Translations under genes and position numbers: made by a program
The notes under the pieces: model-generated
Seen by the model: only the letters and a program-made list of their open reading frames with translations
What the model was told of the DNA's origin: nothing
Database searches by the model: none
From: Thermoproteota archaeon
GTDB taxonomy: Archaea > Korarchaeota > Korarchaeia > Korarchaeales > Korarchaeaceae
Length of the DNA stretch: 29,478 nucleotides
Direction of reading: 5' to 3'
Assembly (NCBI GenBank): GCA_027491735.1
Contig: JAOZGP010000012.1
Location: 1-29,478 of the forward strand
Part shown: positions 17,089-26,302 of the stretch, one piece after another
Layout of the letters: each line of letters opens with the position of its first letter
How positions within the stretch are numbered: position 1 is the stretch's first letter

Positions 17089-18555
17089 ATGAAGGAGAAA
17101 TGGGCTCTAGTGCTCCTACTGCTGATATCGACAGCGTCACTCCCTTTTCTTAGGTTAAGCGCTGATGAAGGTCTGAAGTTCAAACCTGTGTACGATGGAG
17201 AGGTCATAGCGGGCAACAACCTCACCCTGTACATACAGGTCAGCAATCCAACCAACGAGACGGCTGTGATATCAGAGATCTGTGTTGTCAGCGAGAACAA
17301 AACGGCCCTTTGGATCTCCCCGGGAGAACTACTCAAGACGACAGTCGAACCCGGTGGGATCTCCACTATAGCGGTCTATCACGCCTACACAAGCGAGAAG
17401 GCGCGTGGAACGGTTAAAATATCGATCAACGTGTACTACGCTCTAGGAGAGGTCAAAAAACTCTACTCCACTGAGGTATCGTTTCTGATCTTGGAGCGCA
17501 ATGCCCTGAGCTTCGGGCTCAGGATTGCCTACCTTCAGATGAAGGTCTCTAATCTGACGAAGAAGCTCGGGATCCTCGACTCCATCAAGGCCAACCTCAG
17601 CTTTTTTGGAGTGAAACCCTCGACCTTGGAGTCCTCTATGTGGAGGATAAGAGATTGCCTTGTCACCGTGAACCAGTCCATTCAAGAGATGAAGTCTCTC
17701 CTCAAGGAAGGCTCCTACGATGAACTCTCCTCGAAGCTCAATGAGAGCGAGAGAAGGATGACTTCATGCGAGAACCTCTACACTTCTGCTCTGATGAAGG
17801 CTCAGAGGGAGCTTTCCAATGCGGAAGCTCAGGCGAAGGAGATGGCGGAGTCTTCGACCCTGGAGGTCAGAAACATCATGTATAAAGTATGGAAGGACTT
17901 CTATGAGCTCAAAAAGAGAGCGAGGAACTACATCAGCTATAAGGAGGTAAACAAAACGCTTGAGGAGATATCCGCGGACTTGAGCAAAGCGGCAAATCTA
18001 TCCAATGTCAACGAAGAGGCTCTGAAGTCCGGCAGATATATGGATTCCCTCAGGATCACTGAGGAGATGAGGAAGCTCCTCTCCAATGCAACCAAGAAGG
18101 TAGGATCCTGCTATCACGAGATCAGAAGGATTGAGGAAAAGACTAGATCCGAGGAGCTGTTGAGAAATGCTAGAGATGCTGTGGACAGGTGCAGGTGCTA
18201 CCTCAGCATGCTGGGTGTACAACTCGGATCTAGGGCTAAGGAGAGAGTTGAGGATATGAACAGAACGCTCAAGGAGCTCGATTACAAGCTCAACGTATCA
18301 GCAGAGCTGATAAAGTCCGGAGATTATGACAAGGCAAGGAACATATCTCTTGAGGTTTACCGTGAGGCGGCCAACCTGCTATCCGAGATGGTTTACATGA
18401 AATACAGCACTGGAGCTCTCGGGCAGCAAAGCAACGCTACTGGGAAGATGATCTCCGGACATGGATCAGCGTTAGTTCTCGTCATGACTTTTCTAGCTCT
18501 GTTCGCTGTGGTTGCCTCAGGGCTTGTGATGGCGCTGAGAAAGACCGGGAGCTAA
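17089..18555 (+). CDS. Secreted, C-terminally membrane-anchored surface glycoprotein (beta domain plus helical stalk)
   Basis: Signal peptide MKEKWALVLLLL, beta-rich N-terminal region, long heptad-rich helical region, C-terminal TM followed by RK, and ~14 N-x-S/T sequons. Confidence 0.8.
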   Translation: MKEKWALVLLLLISTASLPFLRLSADEGLKFKPVYDGEVIAGNNLTLYIQVSNPTNETAVISEICVVSENKTALWISPGELLKTTVEPGGISTIAVYHAYTSEKARGTVKISINVYYALGEVKKLYSTEVSFLILERNALSFGLRIAYLQMKVSNLTKKLGILDSIKANLSFFGVKPSTLESSMWRIRDCLVTVNQSIQEMKSLLKEGSYDELSSKLNESERRMTSCENLYTSALMKAQRELSNAEAQAKEMAESSTLEVRNIMYKVWKDFYELKKRARNYISYKEVNKTLEEISADLSKAANLSNVNEEALKSGRYMDSLRITEEMRKLLSNATKKVGSCYHEIRRIEEKTRSEELLRNARDAVDRCRCYLSMLGVQLGSRAKERVEDMNRTLKELDYKLNVSAELIKSGDYDKARNISLEVYREAANLLSEMVYMKYSTGALGQQSNATGKMISGHGSALVLVMTFLALFAVVASGLVMALRKTGS

Positions 18556-18805
18556 TTTAACTTCCTCCTTTTTGGGTTCTGATCCTGGTCACCTGAACTC
18601 ACACATTCCTACCCTTCTCATCAATCAGCTCACCCCTGAACAGGTGCAAGATGTCTCATTGAACCACGCAAGGTGAAGGTGGTGACGAAAAACTCGGTAG
18701 CCCGGTTGAAGCTCTTCCTTATGGTTTGCTGACAGGTTACCGTGAGTGAAGTAGAGAGTTTCCCTATGACATTATGTAAAAAGTTGACTTCCCAAAGTCT
18801 TTCTG

Positions 18806-19324
18806 GTGATCGACTTGCTGGTGGGCGTTATTTCCGACACACATGATAACTTCAGAGCTGTTAGATCAGCTCTTGAGGTGTTCAGGAGAAGAGATGTAGA
18901 CATAATCGTCCACTGTGGGGATTTCATCGCTCCGTTTACCCTCAAAATGTTTGGAGAATTGGGAACTAAGCTCATAGGGGTTTTTGGGAACAACGACGGA
19001 GAAAAGATTCTCCTGAGCAGGATCTCATTGGAACTGGGGTTCGAGCTTATGGATCAGCCCATGGTGAAGGAGATCTCCGGGATCAAGGCCTTGATCATGC
19101 ATGGATGTGGGGGTGTGGAGAGAACAGCTAAGCTGGCCGAAGAACTGTCGAAGAGCTTTGATCTAGTTTTGTATGGACATACTCACGCGATCGATGTGAG
19201 GAGGATCGGGGAGTCGTTGATCCTCAACCCAGGTGAGGCTCATGGGCTTCTGAGTGGGAAGGCTACGGTGGCCCTGTTGGAAGTGCCCTCCTTCTCAGTC
19301 GAGATGGTGGAGATATCCTTCTGA
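18806..19324 (+). CDS. YfcE/MJ0936-family metallophosphoesterase
   Basis: SDTHDN, HCGD, GNND, HG, GHTH and NPGE motifs. Confidence 0.93.
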   Translation: MIDLLVGVISDTHDNFRAVRSALEVFRRRDVDIIVHCGDFIAPFTLKMFGELGTKLIGVFGNNDGEKILLSRISLELGFELMDQPMVKEISGIKALIMHGCGGVERTAKLAEELSKSFDLVLYGHTHAIDVRRIGESLILNPGEAHGLLSGKATVALLEVPSFSVEMVEISF

Positions 19325-19332
19325 GGTGGGGA

Positions 19333-19914
19333 ATATCATCAAGAGACCTGACTGTTCATATCAAAGGTAGAGGGCTGGTGCTCGTGAAAGGAGACATAAC
19401 CGATCCGGATGTCGATGTGATAGTCAGCGCTGCCAACCAGACAGCTCGGGTTTGGAGGTGGTGTCACCGGAGCGATAAGGAGGAGAGGAGGTCCGGAAGT
19501 ACAGAGGGAGTGTGAGAAGGTGATGAAGAGGAGAGGTCCTCTGAAGGTTGGAGAAGCAGTTCTGACAGGGGCTGGTGTTGAGGGCCAAATACGTGATTCA
19601 TGCTGTGGGTCCAATCTATGGAGAAGAGGATGAGGAGGCCAGGTTGAGCTTAGCCGTCCTGAATAGCCCTAGGTCGGCTGATGACGTGAGCGCTGATAGC
19701 ATAGCCTTTCCAGCGATCTCCATCGGAGCGCATAGGTATCCTTTGAGGGGCTATGCCAGGACGATGCTCCTCATGCTCACAGACTACCTACGCAAGGGGA
19801 AAAATAAAGAAGGTGGTTCATCTCTACACAGAGGATGCCTCCTCAGTGTTTGAGGAGGAGCTTAGGAGGTTGATCGGGAGTGGAGATAAAGATCAGAGAG
19901 CTTACCAAGCCTGA
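19333..19914 (+). pseudogene. Macrodomain (ADP-ribose-binding/Appr-1''-p processing) pseudogene
   Basis: [30 protein letters not shown]...GEAVLTGAG and [12 protein letters not shown]...SIAFPAIS are separated by frameshifts near 19437, 19577 and 19800. ATA occupies the likely start position after GAGGTG. Confidence 0.85.
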
Positions 19915-20701
19915 GGAGTTTAAGGAGTGCATGAAAATCCAGCTTGCTGTTTGGGGAATGCCACCTGAGGAGATAGTTCCTCACCACATAATGAGGTCCG
20001 CCGCCAAGTTCGGTGGGCTGGCGATAGGGGCTTTCGATGGAGAGAAACTAGTGGGATTTGCCTTTGGGCTTCCAGGAAGGTATGAGGAGAGACCGGTCCA
20101 CTACTCTCACATGGTAGCTGTCCTCCCGGAGTACAGGGGCAAAGGCATAGGATTTCAACTCAAACTTAGGCAGAGGGAGATCGTCATGGAGCAGGGTTTT
20201 CACCTCATGATATGGACCTTCGACCCCCTCCAAGCCATCAACGCCTGGTTCAACCTCAGAAAGCTTGGAGTAATCTGCAGGAGATACTACGTCAATTATT
20301 ACGGTTCGATGGACGACAAGCTCAACCGAGGCATGGAGACAGACAGGCTCTTGGCTGAGTGGTGGCTCACAAGCCCAAGAGTTGAGAGAAGGATCAGAGG
20401 TATGCCTGGAGGGGATGTGGAAGGATGTCCTGCCATGGAGGTTGAGGAGAGAGCGGGCTTCCGGGTTCCGATGAGGTTCAAATACAACCTCGACTGCGGC
20501 AGGGTCCTGGTGGAGATTCCAGCGGACATAGTCGGCATTAAAAGGAGGAGCCTGGATGTGGCGAGGAAGTGGCTTGTTGCTCTGAGGGATGTGCTTCTGG
20601 CGTACCTCAACAGAGGATATGTCGTCGGCAACGTCGTGAGGAGGGAGAGGCTCTATTATTACCTCCTCGTCAGAGCTTCACTGGAGGAGCTGTTGCTCTG
20701 A
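19880..20701 (+). CDS. GNAT-family acyltransferase (COG3375-like)
   Basis: IQLAVWG, HYSHMVAVLPEYRGKGIG..LK..QR, WTFDPLQAINA.FNL.KLG and TDRL.AEW motifs. Confidence 0.9.
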   Translation: MEIKIRELTKPEEFKECMKIQLAVWGMPPEEIVPHHIMRSAAKFGGLAIGAFDGEKLVGFAFGLPGRYEERPVHYSHMVAVLPEYRGKGIGFQLKLRQREIVMEQGFHLMIWTFDPLQAINAWFNLRKLGVICRRYYVNYYGSMDDKLNRGMETDRLLAEWWLTSPRVERRIRGMPGGDVEGCPAMEVEERAGFRVPMRFKYNLDCGRVLVEIPADIVGIKRRSLDVARKWLVALRDVLLAYLNRGYVVGNVVRRERLYYYLLVRASLEELLL

Positions 20702-20782
20702 AGCCTTCAGCCACTTCTATGGGACAGATCTCACCATTCACAATCTCAGTCATCCCTTTCTCCGTTGGGATTTTGGTGAAAA

Positions 20783-21484
20783 TCAATTCGATGGCTCAGA
20801 AGTCCTTCTTAGTAGTTGTAGCATCTCTCTAGCGTTGTCCAGCATATCGTGGTTGTTATTGAAGAACACGTAGATCTCCTTCCCATCCAAGGAGAAGAGG
20901 GTGTCCCTCACCTCCTTCAGCTCCCTTTCGGTATACCGATGCGAGTACCAAAAACTTCTTCCATGCATCCTTAAGTAGGTATACCTGGAGCTCCTGGCAT
21001 AGAAGAGAAACTCCGGAGAATCAACAGACACGACAGTTATGTCCTCCTCCCTAGCAGCATCCACCCATTCCTCACTGAACCAGCTTTTGTTTCTCCACTC
21101 AACAGCCATCTTGGGGCCTAGGTCAAATCTGGAGCTGAATGAGGAGATCCTCCTCCAGAACTCCTCCGATGCCTTCACCGACGGAGGCAACTGAAACAGA
21201 TAGAAGTAGATCCTGTCATCCATCTGATGAAACAGCTCCTTGAACTTGCTGAACATCTCATAGGAACTCTCTTTAAGTTTTCTTCTATGAGTTATTGATC
21301 TGTGGACCTTTATGCTCCACCTAATTCCCTCAAACTTCGACCAGGAGCTCACCATGGACCTGAAGGGAAATCTGTAAAAGCTGGAGTTCAGCTCAACAGC
21401 GTTCAATCCAGAGCAAGCATGATACCACCTGAATCCATCCGGGTTCCAGTTGTAGCTCCATCCGCTAGTTCCCACGAAGTACAT
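20783..21484 (-). CDS. DUF72 (YecE-like) protein
   Basis: VGTSGWSY, VELNSSFYR, LFQLPPS, YLRMHG and YVFFNN motifs. Confidence 0.92.
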   Translation of the reverse strand: MYFVGTSGWSYNWNPDGFRWYHACSGLNAVELNSSFYRFPFRSMVSSWSKFEGIRWSIKVHRSITHRRKLKESSYEMFSKFKELFHQMDDRIYFYLFQLPPSVKASEEFWRRISSFSSRFDLGPKMAVEWRNKSWFSEEWVDAAREEDITVVSVDSPEFLFYARSSRYTYLRMHGRSFWYSHRYTERELKEVRDTLFSLDGKEIYVFFNNNHDMLDNAREMLQLLRRTSEPSN

Positions 21485-21541
21485 TCCTCTCGATAGGCGT
21501 GCCTAGCTTTTTAACCTCTTTCTGACTGAGAATGAGGGATC

Positions 21542-21886
21542 ATGAGGTACAGTCTGATGGACCTTCTAGCATGTCCCCACTGCAAGAACTTTCCTCTCAG
21601 ACTTTATGTGATAAGCAAAAAGGAGAGGAAGCCTATTCTAGATTTCTGCGAGGTTTTCTGCTCCTTCACTGGCGGAAAACCCGATCGATCCATGTGCGGG
21701 GAATGTGGGAAAGTGGAGATAGAGGAAGGGGTGATAATCTGCGAGAGATGTGGGCGATGGTTTCCCGTAACAGACGGGATTCCGATAATGCTTCCTGACG
21801 GTTTGATAGATGAGTATAGAAAAAACTTTGAGAAGAAGCATGGAGTCATCCGCAGATTGTTGAAGAAATTGGATGGGGAGGGGTGA
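21542..21886 (+). CDS. Trm112-family methyltransferase activator (Cys-rich insertion type)
   Basis: LMDLLACPHCK...EGVIICERCGRWFPVTDGIPIMLPD. Confidence 0.9.
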   Translation: MRYSLMDLLACPHCKNFPLRLYVISKKERKPILDFCEVFCSFTGGKPDRSMCGECGKVEIEEGVIICERCGRWFPVTDGIPIMLPDGLIDEYRKNFEKKHGVIRRLLKKLDGEG

Positions 21887-22067
21887 CTTGTTCAAGGTTT
21901 CGAGCCCTTTGCTCCGTAGCAGAGGCTCTTCATCAGGTTGCGATCTCTAGTAGATGGGCTGAGAAGATTGGTTGAGCACCGCGTTGCTCCAAGAACTGGA
22001 AGGAACGATCTATCCATGAGCTCTGAGAGATGGTGCTCCCTCAAGGGAGTAGCTGTGAGCTGATGAG

Positions 22068-22081
22068 TTGGATTTAGCCAA
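22068..22081. promoter_or_regulatory. Candidate metal-regulator (DtxR-like) operator upstream of feoAB
   Basis: TTGG-ATTTAG-CCAA dyad abutting a T-rich TATA-like tract (22082-22089). Confidence 0.3.
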
Positions 22082-22156
22082 ATTTTTATTGTTTACTCTG
22101 ATCGGAGGGTAGATCGGTGATTCCCTTCCGGATGTAGATGTTGAGCAGGGATTGAG

Positions 22157-22417
22157 ATGGTCAAGACGGTGAGCTTAGCTTTACTTCCACCAGGAACCGT
22201 TGCCAAGGTGGTGAGCATATCAGGAGGTTACGGCAAGATTCGCAGGCTTTTGGAGATGGGCCTCTCTCCCGGAACACTCATAAGGGTTGTGAGTAACTCT
22301 GCTGGCCCCGTCATAATTGAGGCGAGGGGTGTCACGATAGCTCTCGGCAGAGGACTAGCCAGAAGCCTCATTGTGGAGGTGGTAAATCTTGAGAATCCTG
22401 ATGGCTCTGGCAGGTAA
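22157..22417 (+). CDS. feoA: Ferrous iron transport protein A
   Basis: RRLLEMGLSPGT...GPVII..RG..IALGRGLA; upstream of feoB. Confidence 0.93.
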   Translation: MVKTVSLALLPPGTVAKVVSISGGYGKIRRLLEMGLSPGTLIRVVSNSAGPVIIEARGVTIALGRGLARSLIVEVVNLENPDGSGR

Positions 22418-24437
22418 CCCAAATGTGGGCAAGAGCACGCTCTTCAATAGACTCACCGGGGAGACGGCTCATGTGGCTAACTGGCCAGGGGTTACTGTGG
22501 AGCTTAAGGCAGGGCGCCTGAGACATCATGATCTGGACATAACAGTGGTTGACCTGCCGGGGGCATATGGGCTCTCATCTGGAGACGAAGCCGAGTCCGT
22601 TGCCCAGGAGTTCCTCCTCAAGGAAAAACCAGACGTTGTTGTAATAGTGTTGGATGCCACGTCTCTACACAGAAGCTTGTACCTGGCCATTCGTATTCTG
22701 GAGATGACGAGAAAAGCTGTTCTAGCGGTTAACATGATGGACGTCGCGAGGAGAAGAGCGATACATGTGGATCTAAGTGGGATATCCGCAGTCCTTGGTG
22801 TTCCGGTGGTGGGCACCAGCGCCATAAGGGGTGAAGGTCTGGGCTCGTTGCTCGACAGAGCCATAGAGGTCTCGCTTTCCAAGGAGAAGCTCAAGCCCCT
22901 GAAGATAGACTACGATGGACTTGACCCATACATAGCCGAGATCGAGAGGATCTTGGAGGACGAACTAAAGGAACTTCCTCGAAGATTTGCAGCTGTGGCC
23001 GTGTTAGAGGGCAACGAAAGGATCCTATCTCTTCTGAGCGAGGAAAAGAGAGCACATGTCCTGAAGATAGTTGATAAGGTCAGAAGAGAGCTGAAGGAGG
23101 ATCCCTCCGTGATAGCCATAGAGTCCAGATACAGGTTTGTGGATCTCCTGCTGAGGGACAGGGTAAAGGTCACGAGGCTCGTCAGCCCATCTATTGCTAA
23201 GAAGATCGATAGAGTCCTGCTTCATCCAATCGTGGGTCCTTTCACTTCCTTCCTCCTGATGTTATCCCTCTTCGGGGCAGTGTTCTCCCTGAACATGGGG
23301 TTTCCTCTCAACGTGATCCTCTCATACGCTGGCCTTCCACATCTCTCATCTCTCCTGGAGAAGCTTAGCCTTTCAGGAATCATAGGGCAGTTTCTCGATC
23401 TCCTATCGGAGCTCCTAAGAAGCCGCCTGATGATGATCTCACCCGAATGGTTCGTGAGTCTTCTGACCGATGGAATCTTAGCTGGGGTTGGCAGTGTCCT
23501 TACCTTCCTTCCCCTCGTTCTTCTTGTGTTTTTGGCTCTTGGAGCTCTTCAGGACTCAGGCCTCCTGTCCAGGATAGCCGTCACTTTTGATAAGTTTCTG
23601 AAAAGGTTTGGATTAAGTGGAAAATCCGTGTTTCCAGCAATCCTTGGTTTTGGATGCAACGTTCCCGCTGTGATGGCAACCAGAGCCATGGATGACGACG
23701 TGGAGAGAACCTCTGTATCGCTGTCCATTCCCTTCATACCCTGTCAGGCCAGGCTCATAGTACTGGCTGCCATAAGCTCGTCGGTCTTCAAAGAACCAGT
23801 CGTACAGAGCTTCTTCATGATGAGCATGTATCTCCTCTCCCTCCTTGTGTTTCTAATAACCGCCAAGTTCATGAGATATCTTGTGAGAGGACCTCAGACA
23901 CCCGAACTCCTCCTGGAGATTCCACCGTATCACGTCCCCAGCTTGAAGGTTGTCTGGTGGTATGCCAGAGTAAACACAGCTCACTTTCTGAGGAAGGCAG
24001 GAACCGTGATATTCGTCGTCACGCTGATCATGTGGGCTCTCCTTCACCTTGGTCCCTCAGGATACACAACCTCGATAGACAACTCGTTTGCTGCGATATC
24101 TGGAAGGGCGCTCTCGTTCATCGGAGCACCGATCGGCCTGGGAGATTGGAGAATAATCTTGACGTTAGAGGCAGGGTTTCTGGCAAAGGAAGCTGTTCTG
24201 AGCACGATGACCACGATCGCTGGAACGGCGAAGCTTTCAGAGGCTGTGAACGTTGTGCTTTCATCGGTCAAGCAAGCGATATCCCTTTGTCTGATAATGC
24301 TGATCTACGTCCCCTGTATAGCGACTCTTTCTGTCATGAAAAGTGAGGTCAAAAAAATCAAACTCGTGTTAGTAGCTATCTCCTACGAACTTCTCCTGGC
24401 CTATCTGATGGCCGCAGCCGCCTATCACCTGCTCTGA
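22389..24437 (+). CDS. feoB: Ferrous iron transport protein B
   Basis: GNPNVGKS, NWPGVTVE, DLPGAY, NMMD, GFGCNVPA, PFIPCQARL, LLEIPPY and YVPCIAT motifs. Confidence 0.96.
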   Translation: MRILMALAGNPNVGKSTLFNRLTGETAHVANWPGVTVELKAGRLRHHDLDITVVDLPGAYGLSSGDEAESVAQEFLLKEKPDVVVIVLDATSLHRSLYLAIRILEMTRKAVLAVNMMDVARRRAIHVDLSGISAVLGVPVVGTSAIRGEGLGSLLDRAIEVSLSKEKLKPLKIDYDGLDPYIAEIERILEDELKELPRRFAAVAVLEGNERILSLLSEEKRAHVLKIVDKVRRELKEDPSVIAIESRYRFVDLLLRDRVKVTRLVSPSIAKKIDRVLLHPIVGPFTSFLLMLSLFGAVFSLNMGFPLNVILSYAGLPHLSSLLEKLSLSGIIGQFLDLLSELLRSRLMMISPEWFVSLLTDGILAGVGSVLTFLPLVLLVFLALGALQDSGLLSRIAVTFDKFLKRFGLSGKSVFPAILGFGCNVPAVMATRAMDDDVERTSVSLSIPFIPCQARLIVLAAISSSVFKEPVVQSFFMMSMYLLSLLVFLITAKFMRYLVRGPQTPELLLEIPPYHVPSLKVVWWYARVNTAHFLRKAGTVIFVVTLIMWALLHLGPSGYTTSIDNSFAAISGRALSFIGAPIGLGDWRIILTLEAGFLAKEAVLSTMTTIAGTAKLSEAVNVVLSSVKQAISLCLIMLIYVPCIATLSVMKSEVKKIKLVLVAISYELLLAYLMAAAAYHLL

Positions 24438-25255
24438 TCTGCGGCCGCCACGGCAGCCGAAGCTATTATCATAACGCTCCCAACAAGCTCTCTGAAGGTC
24501 ATGTCCTGATTAAGGAGTAGAGCTCCCCATATTACAGCGAAAGCAGGTTCAAGGGTCGACAGAATCCCTGCTCTGCCAGCCTCCACATACTTCAATCCCT
24601 CTGCATAGAGGACGTAGGGCAGGAGAGCCGTGAAGATTCCCAGATAGATGCAGAACTCCAAAATATTGATATTCATCGAAAGGAGGTCTCTGTGAAATGC
24701 AACCGCTGTCACCAGAAAGGCCCAGGGGAGAGGACCCGCTCCCACGTCCAATGAGGTCAGCTTCTCCTTTACCAGGTATCTGGAGAACATTATCAGACCT
24801 GCATATGTAAAGGCTGGCACGAGCCCTAAAGCCAGCCTGAGACTTAGATCCGTCGCCCCCTCCATCACGATAACGCCAGAGAAGGCCATCACCACGGATA
24901 AAATCTTTTTCTTAGTGAATCTCTCGTTTAGGAGGGGTTTAGAGGCGAGTACCACTATTACAGGAGCTAGATAAAGCAGGGCTGCTGCAGGACCCACTCC
25001 CAAGAGAAGTGATGAGATCTGGTACGAAACGAAGAGAGGTCCGGTAAACAGAACTCCTAGAAGAATCACCTTCCACTCAACGAATCTGATTCTCCTGAAA
25101 GGATGCACAGTTAAAGCTCCTAAGAAACCGAAAAGGGATCTAAATACAGCTAACTGCATTGGATTGGCGCCATACGGAACTGCTAATGCGCCAGCAACGC
25201 CTATGGTGCTCCAGAGGAGGGCCGCCCCTGCTATACACGCAATCCCCCTTCTCAT
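24425..25255 (-). CDS. EamA/DMT-family transporter
   Basis: LLWST.G, AAALLYLAPVIV...LLNERFT and AGILSTLEP.FA motifs, ~10 TMs. ATG 25255 lies downstream of a TTTAAA box; ORF open to 25312. Confidence 0.9.
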   Translation of the reverse strand: MRRGIACIAGAALLWSTIGVAGALAVPYGANPMQLAVFRSLFGFLGALTVHPFRRIRFVEWKVILLGVLFTGPLFVSYQISSLLLGVGPAAALLYLAPVIVVLASKPLLNERFTKKKILSVVMAFSGVIVMEGATDLSLRLALGLVPAFTYAGLIMFSRYLVKEKLTSLDVGAGPLPWAFLVTAVAFHRDLLSMNINILEFCIYLGIFTALLPYVLYAEGLKYVEAGRAGILSTLEPAFAVIWGALLLNQDMTFRELVGSVMIIASAAVAAADQSR

Positions 25256-25318
25256 GGAGGATCGCAACGGTTCTTCAGTGGTTATCTTTAAACATCGTAC
25301 ATCCAAATGCAAATGGAA

Positions 25319-25500
25319 TTAGCGCCCTTTTAAAGCAGCTTCTCCAAGCTTCCATGGATTTCTCTCGTGATCTACGAAGTATGCCCATGCAGCACTAAAA
25401 CACCTACTTCCAACAACAGCAGGCATCACTGCCAATCCAACCATCGCCAGACACATGGCAACAGCCAACCATTTAATAACTTCTTCATTCCAGTTTTCAT
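25319..25500 (-). pseudogene. Frameshifted, probably truncated secreted peptide precursor (putative bacteriocin-like)
   Basis: MKTGMKK / VIKWLAVAMCLAMVGLAVMPAVVGSRCFSAAWAYFVDHERNPWKLGEAALKGR*: a signal-peptide-like leader with a 1-nt frameshift after codon 7, co-oriented with the SpoIIM remnant. Confidence 0.5.
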
Positions 25501-25526
25501 AATATGCATTTTATAATTAATCATTT

Positions 25527-25773
25527 TTAAACCTTCTTCTTAAATTCAGTATACTTTTCCATGAAAACGTCTAAGCTCATATGAAGGTCTTCACGGATAA
25601 TCTTCCTGAGTAAACCTCTTGGTATCCCCTTATTACCGTGCACCGGGATAGTGGTAACTCTACCGTCCTCTGACTTTAGCCTTACGTGAGACCCTTTCAT
25701 TCTTACAGGTTTAAATCCCAACCATTCAAGGAATTTGAGTAGATCTTGCTTTTATCAGTGGTAGCCTTTGCAT
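25527..25773 (-). pseudogene. hicA: HicA toxin, frameshifted near the N-terminus
   Basis: ATG 25773 gives MQRLPLIKA, then a shifted frame gives DLLKFLEWLGFKPVRMKGSHVRL...TTIPVHGNKGIPRGLLRKI (the HicA GSH and IPVH motifs). Confidence 0.85.
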
Positions 25774-26020
25774 ACTCTATTTCCACCTCTCTGTAACCCA
25801 CGAACTTTAAGCTTTCATCTAAATCCTCTTCTTCTAAGCACATCTCTATCACTTCTTTGATATTCTCTAAAGCCCCCTCTATCGTTTCGCCGTAACTGTG
25901 ACAGCCTTTGAAGAGCGGACAGCTGACTATGTAATACTCATCCTCGTCAACCTCAACTATGATCGAGAACCTCAGCTTTTTTACTTCTAACTGTTCCATA
26001 CTCCCACCTTTTAGCTTCAT
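25703..26020 (-). CDS. hicB: HicB-family antitoxin (UPF0150)
   Basis: VEVDEDEYYIVSCPLFKGCHSYGETIEGALENIKEVIEMCL. Start may be 25999. Confidence 0.88.
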   Translation of the reverse strand: MKLKGGSMEQLEVKKLRFSIIVEVDEDEYYIVSCPLFKGCHSYGETIEGALENIKEVIEMCLEEEDLDESLKFVGYREVEIEYAKATTDKSKIYSNSLNGWDLNL

Positions 26021-26030
26021 TTTTTTGTTT

Positions 26031-26302
26031 TCATCTTAAAAAGTGTTCCGCTATCCTTGGTGTTACGTAGGCTTCCACAAATGCAGCTATTACGATTAAA
26101 ATGATGGAGATAAGAGACGGAGTTAGATGCTCTTTGATGTCCTCTTTTGTAAGGATTTGCTCCTTTCTGCCAACCAAATATCCGATTTTTCGTAAGGGAT
26201 TTTGAAACCTGCTGCTCCCGCTATGATTATGGCTGGGATTTCAAATATGTCGTGGGAAGTTATGAGCACTGGAAAGAATCCTAAGAAACTAGGTTTTGCC
26301 AC
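26031..26302 (-). pseudogene. SpoIIM/DUF95 membrane protein C-terminal remnant
   Basis: LITSHDIFEIPAIIIAGAAGFKIPYE / IGYLVGRKEQILTKEDIKEHL...LIVIAAFVEAYVTPRIA matches the PHG..E.PA and AA.VE..VTP motifs. Frameshift near 26188; the N-terminus is missing. Confidence 0.8.

Noticed and set aside
18560-18800. Possible C/D-box sRNA (CTGA and TGATGA on the minus strand)
   Set aside because: Could not assemble a complete C-D'-C'-D arrangement with canonical terminal boxes.
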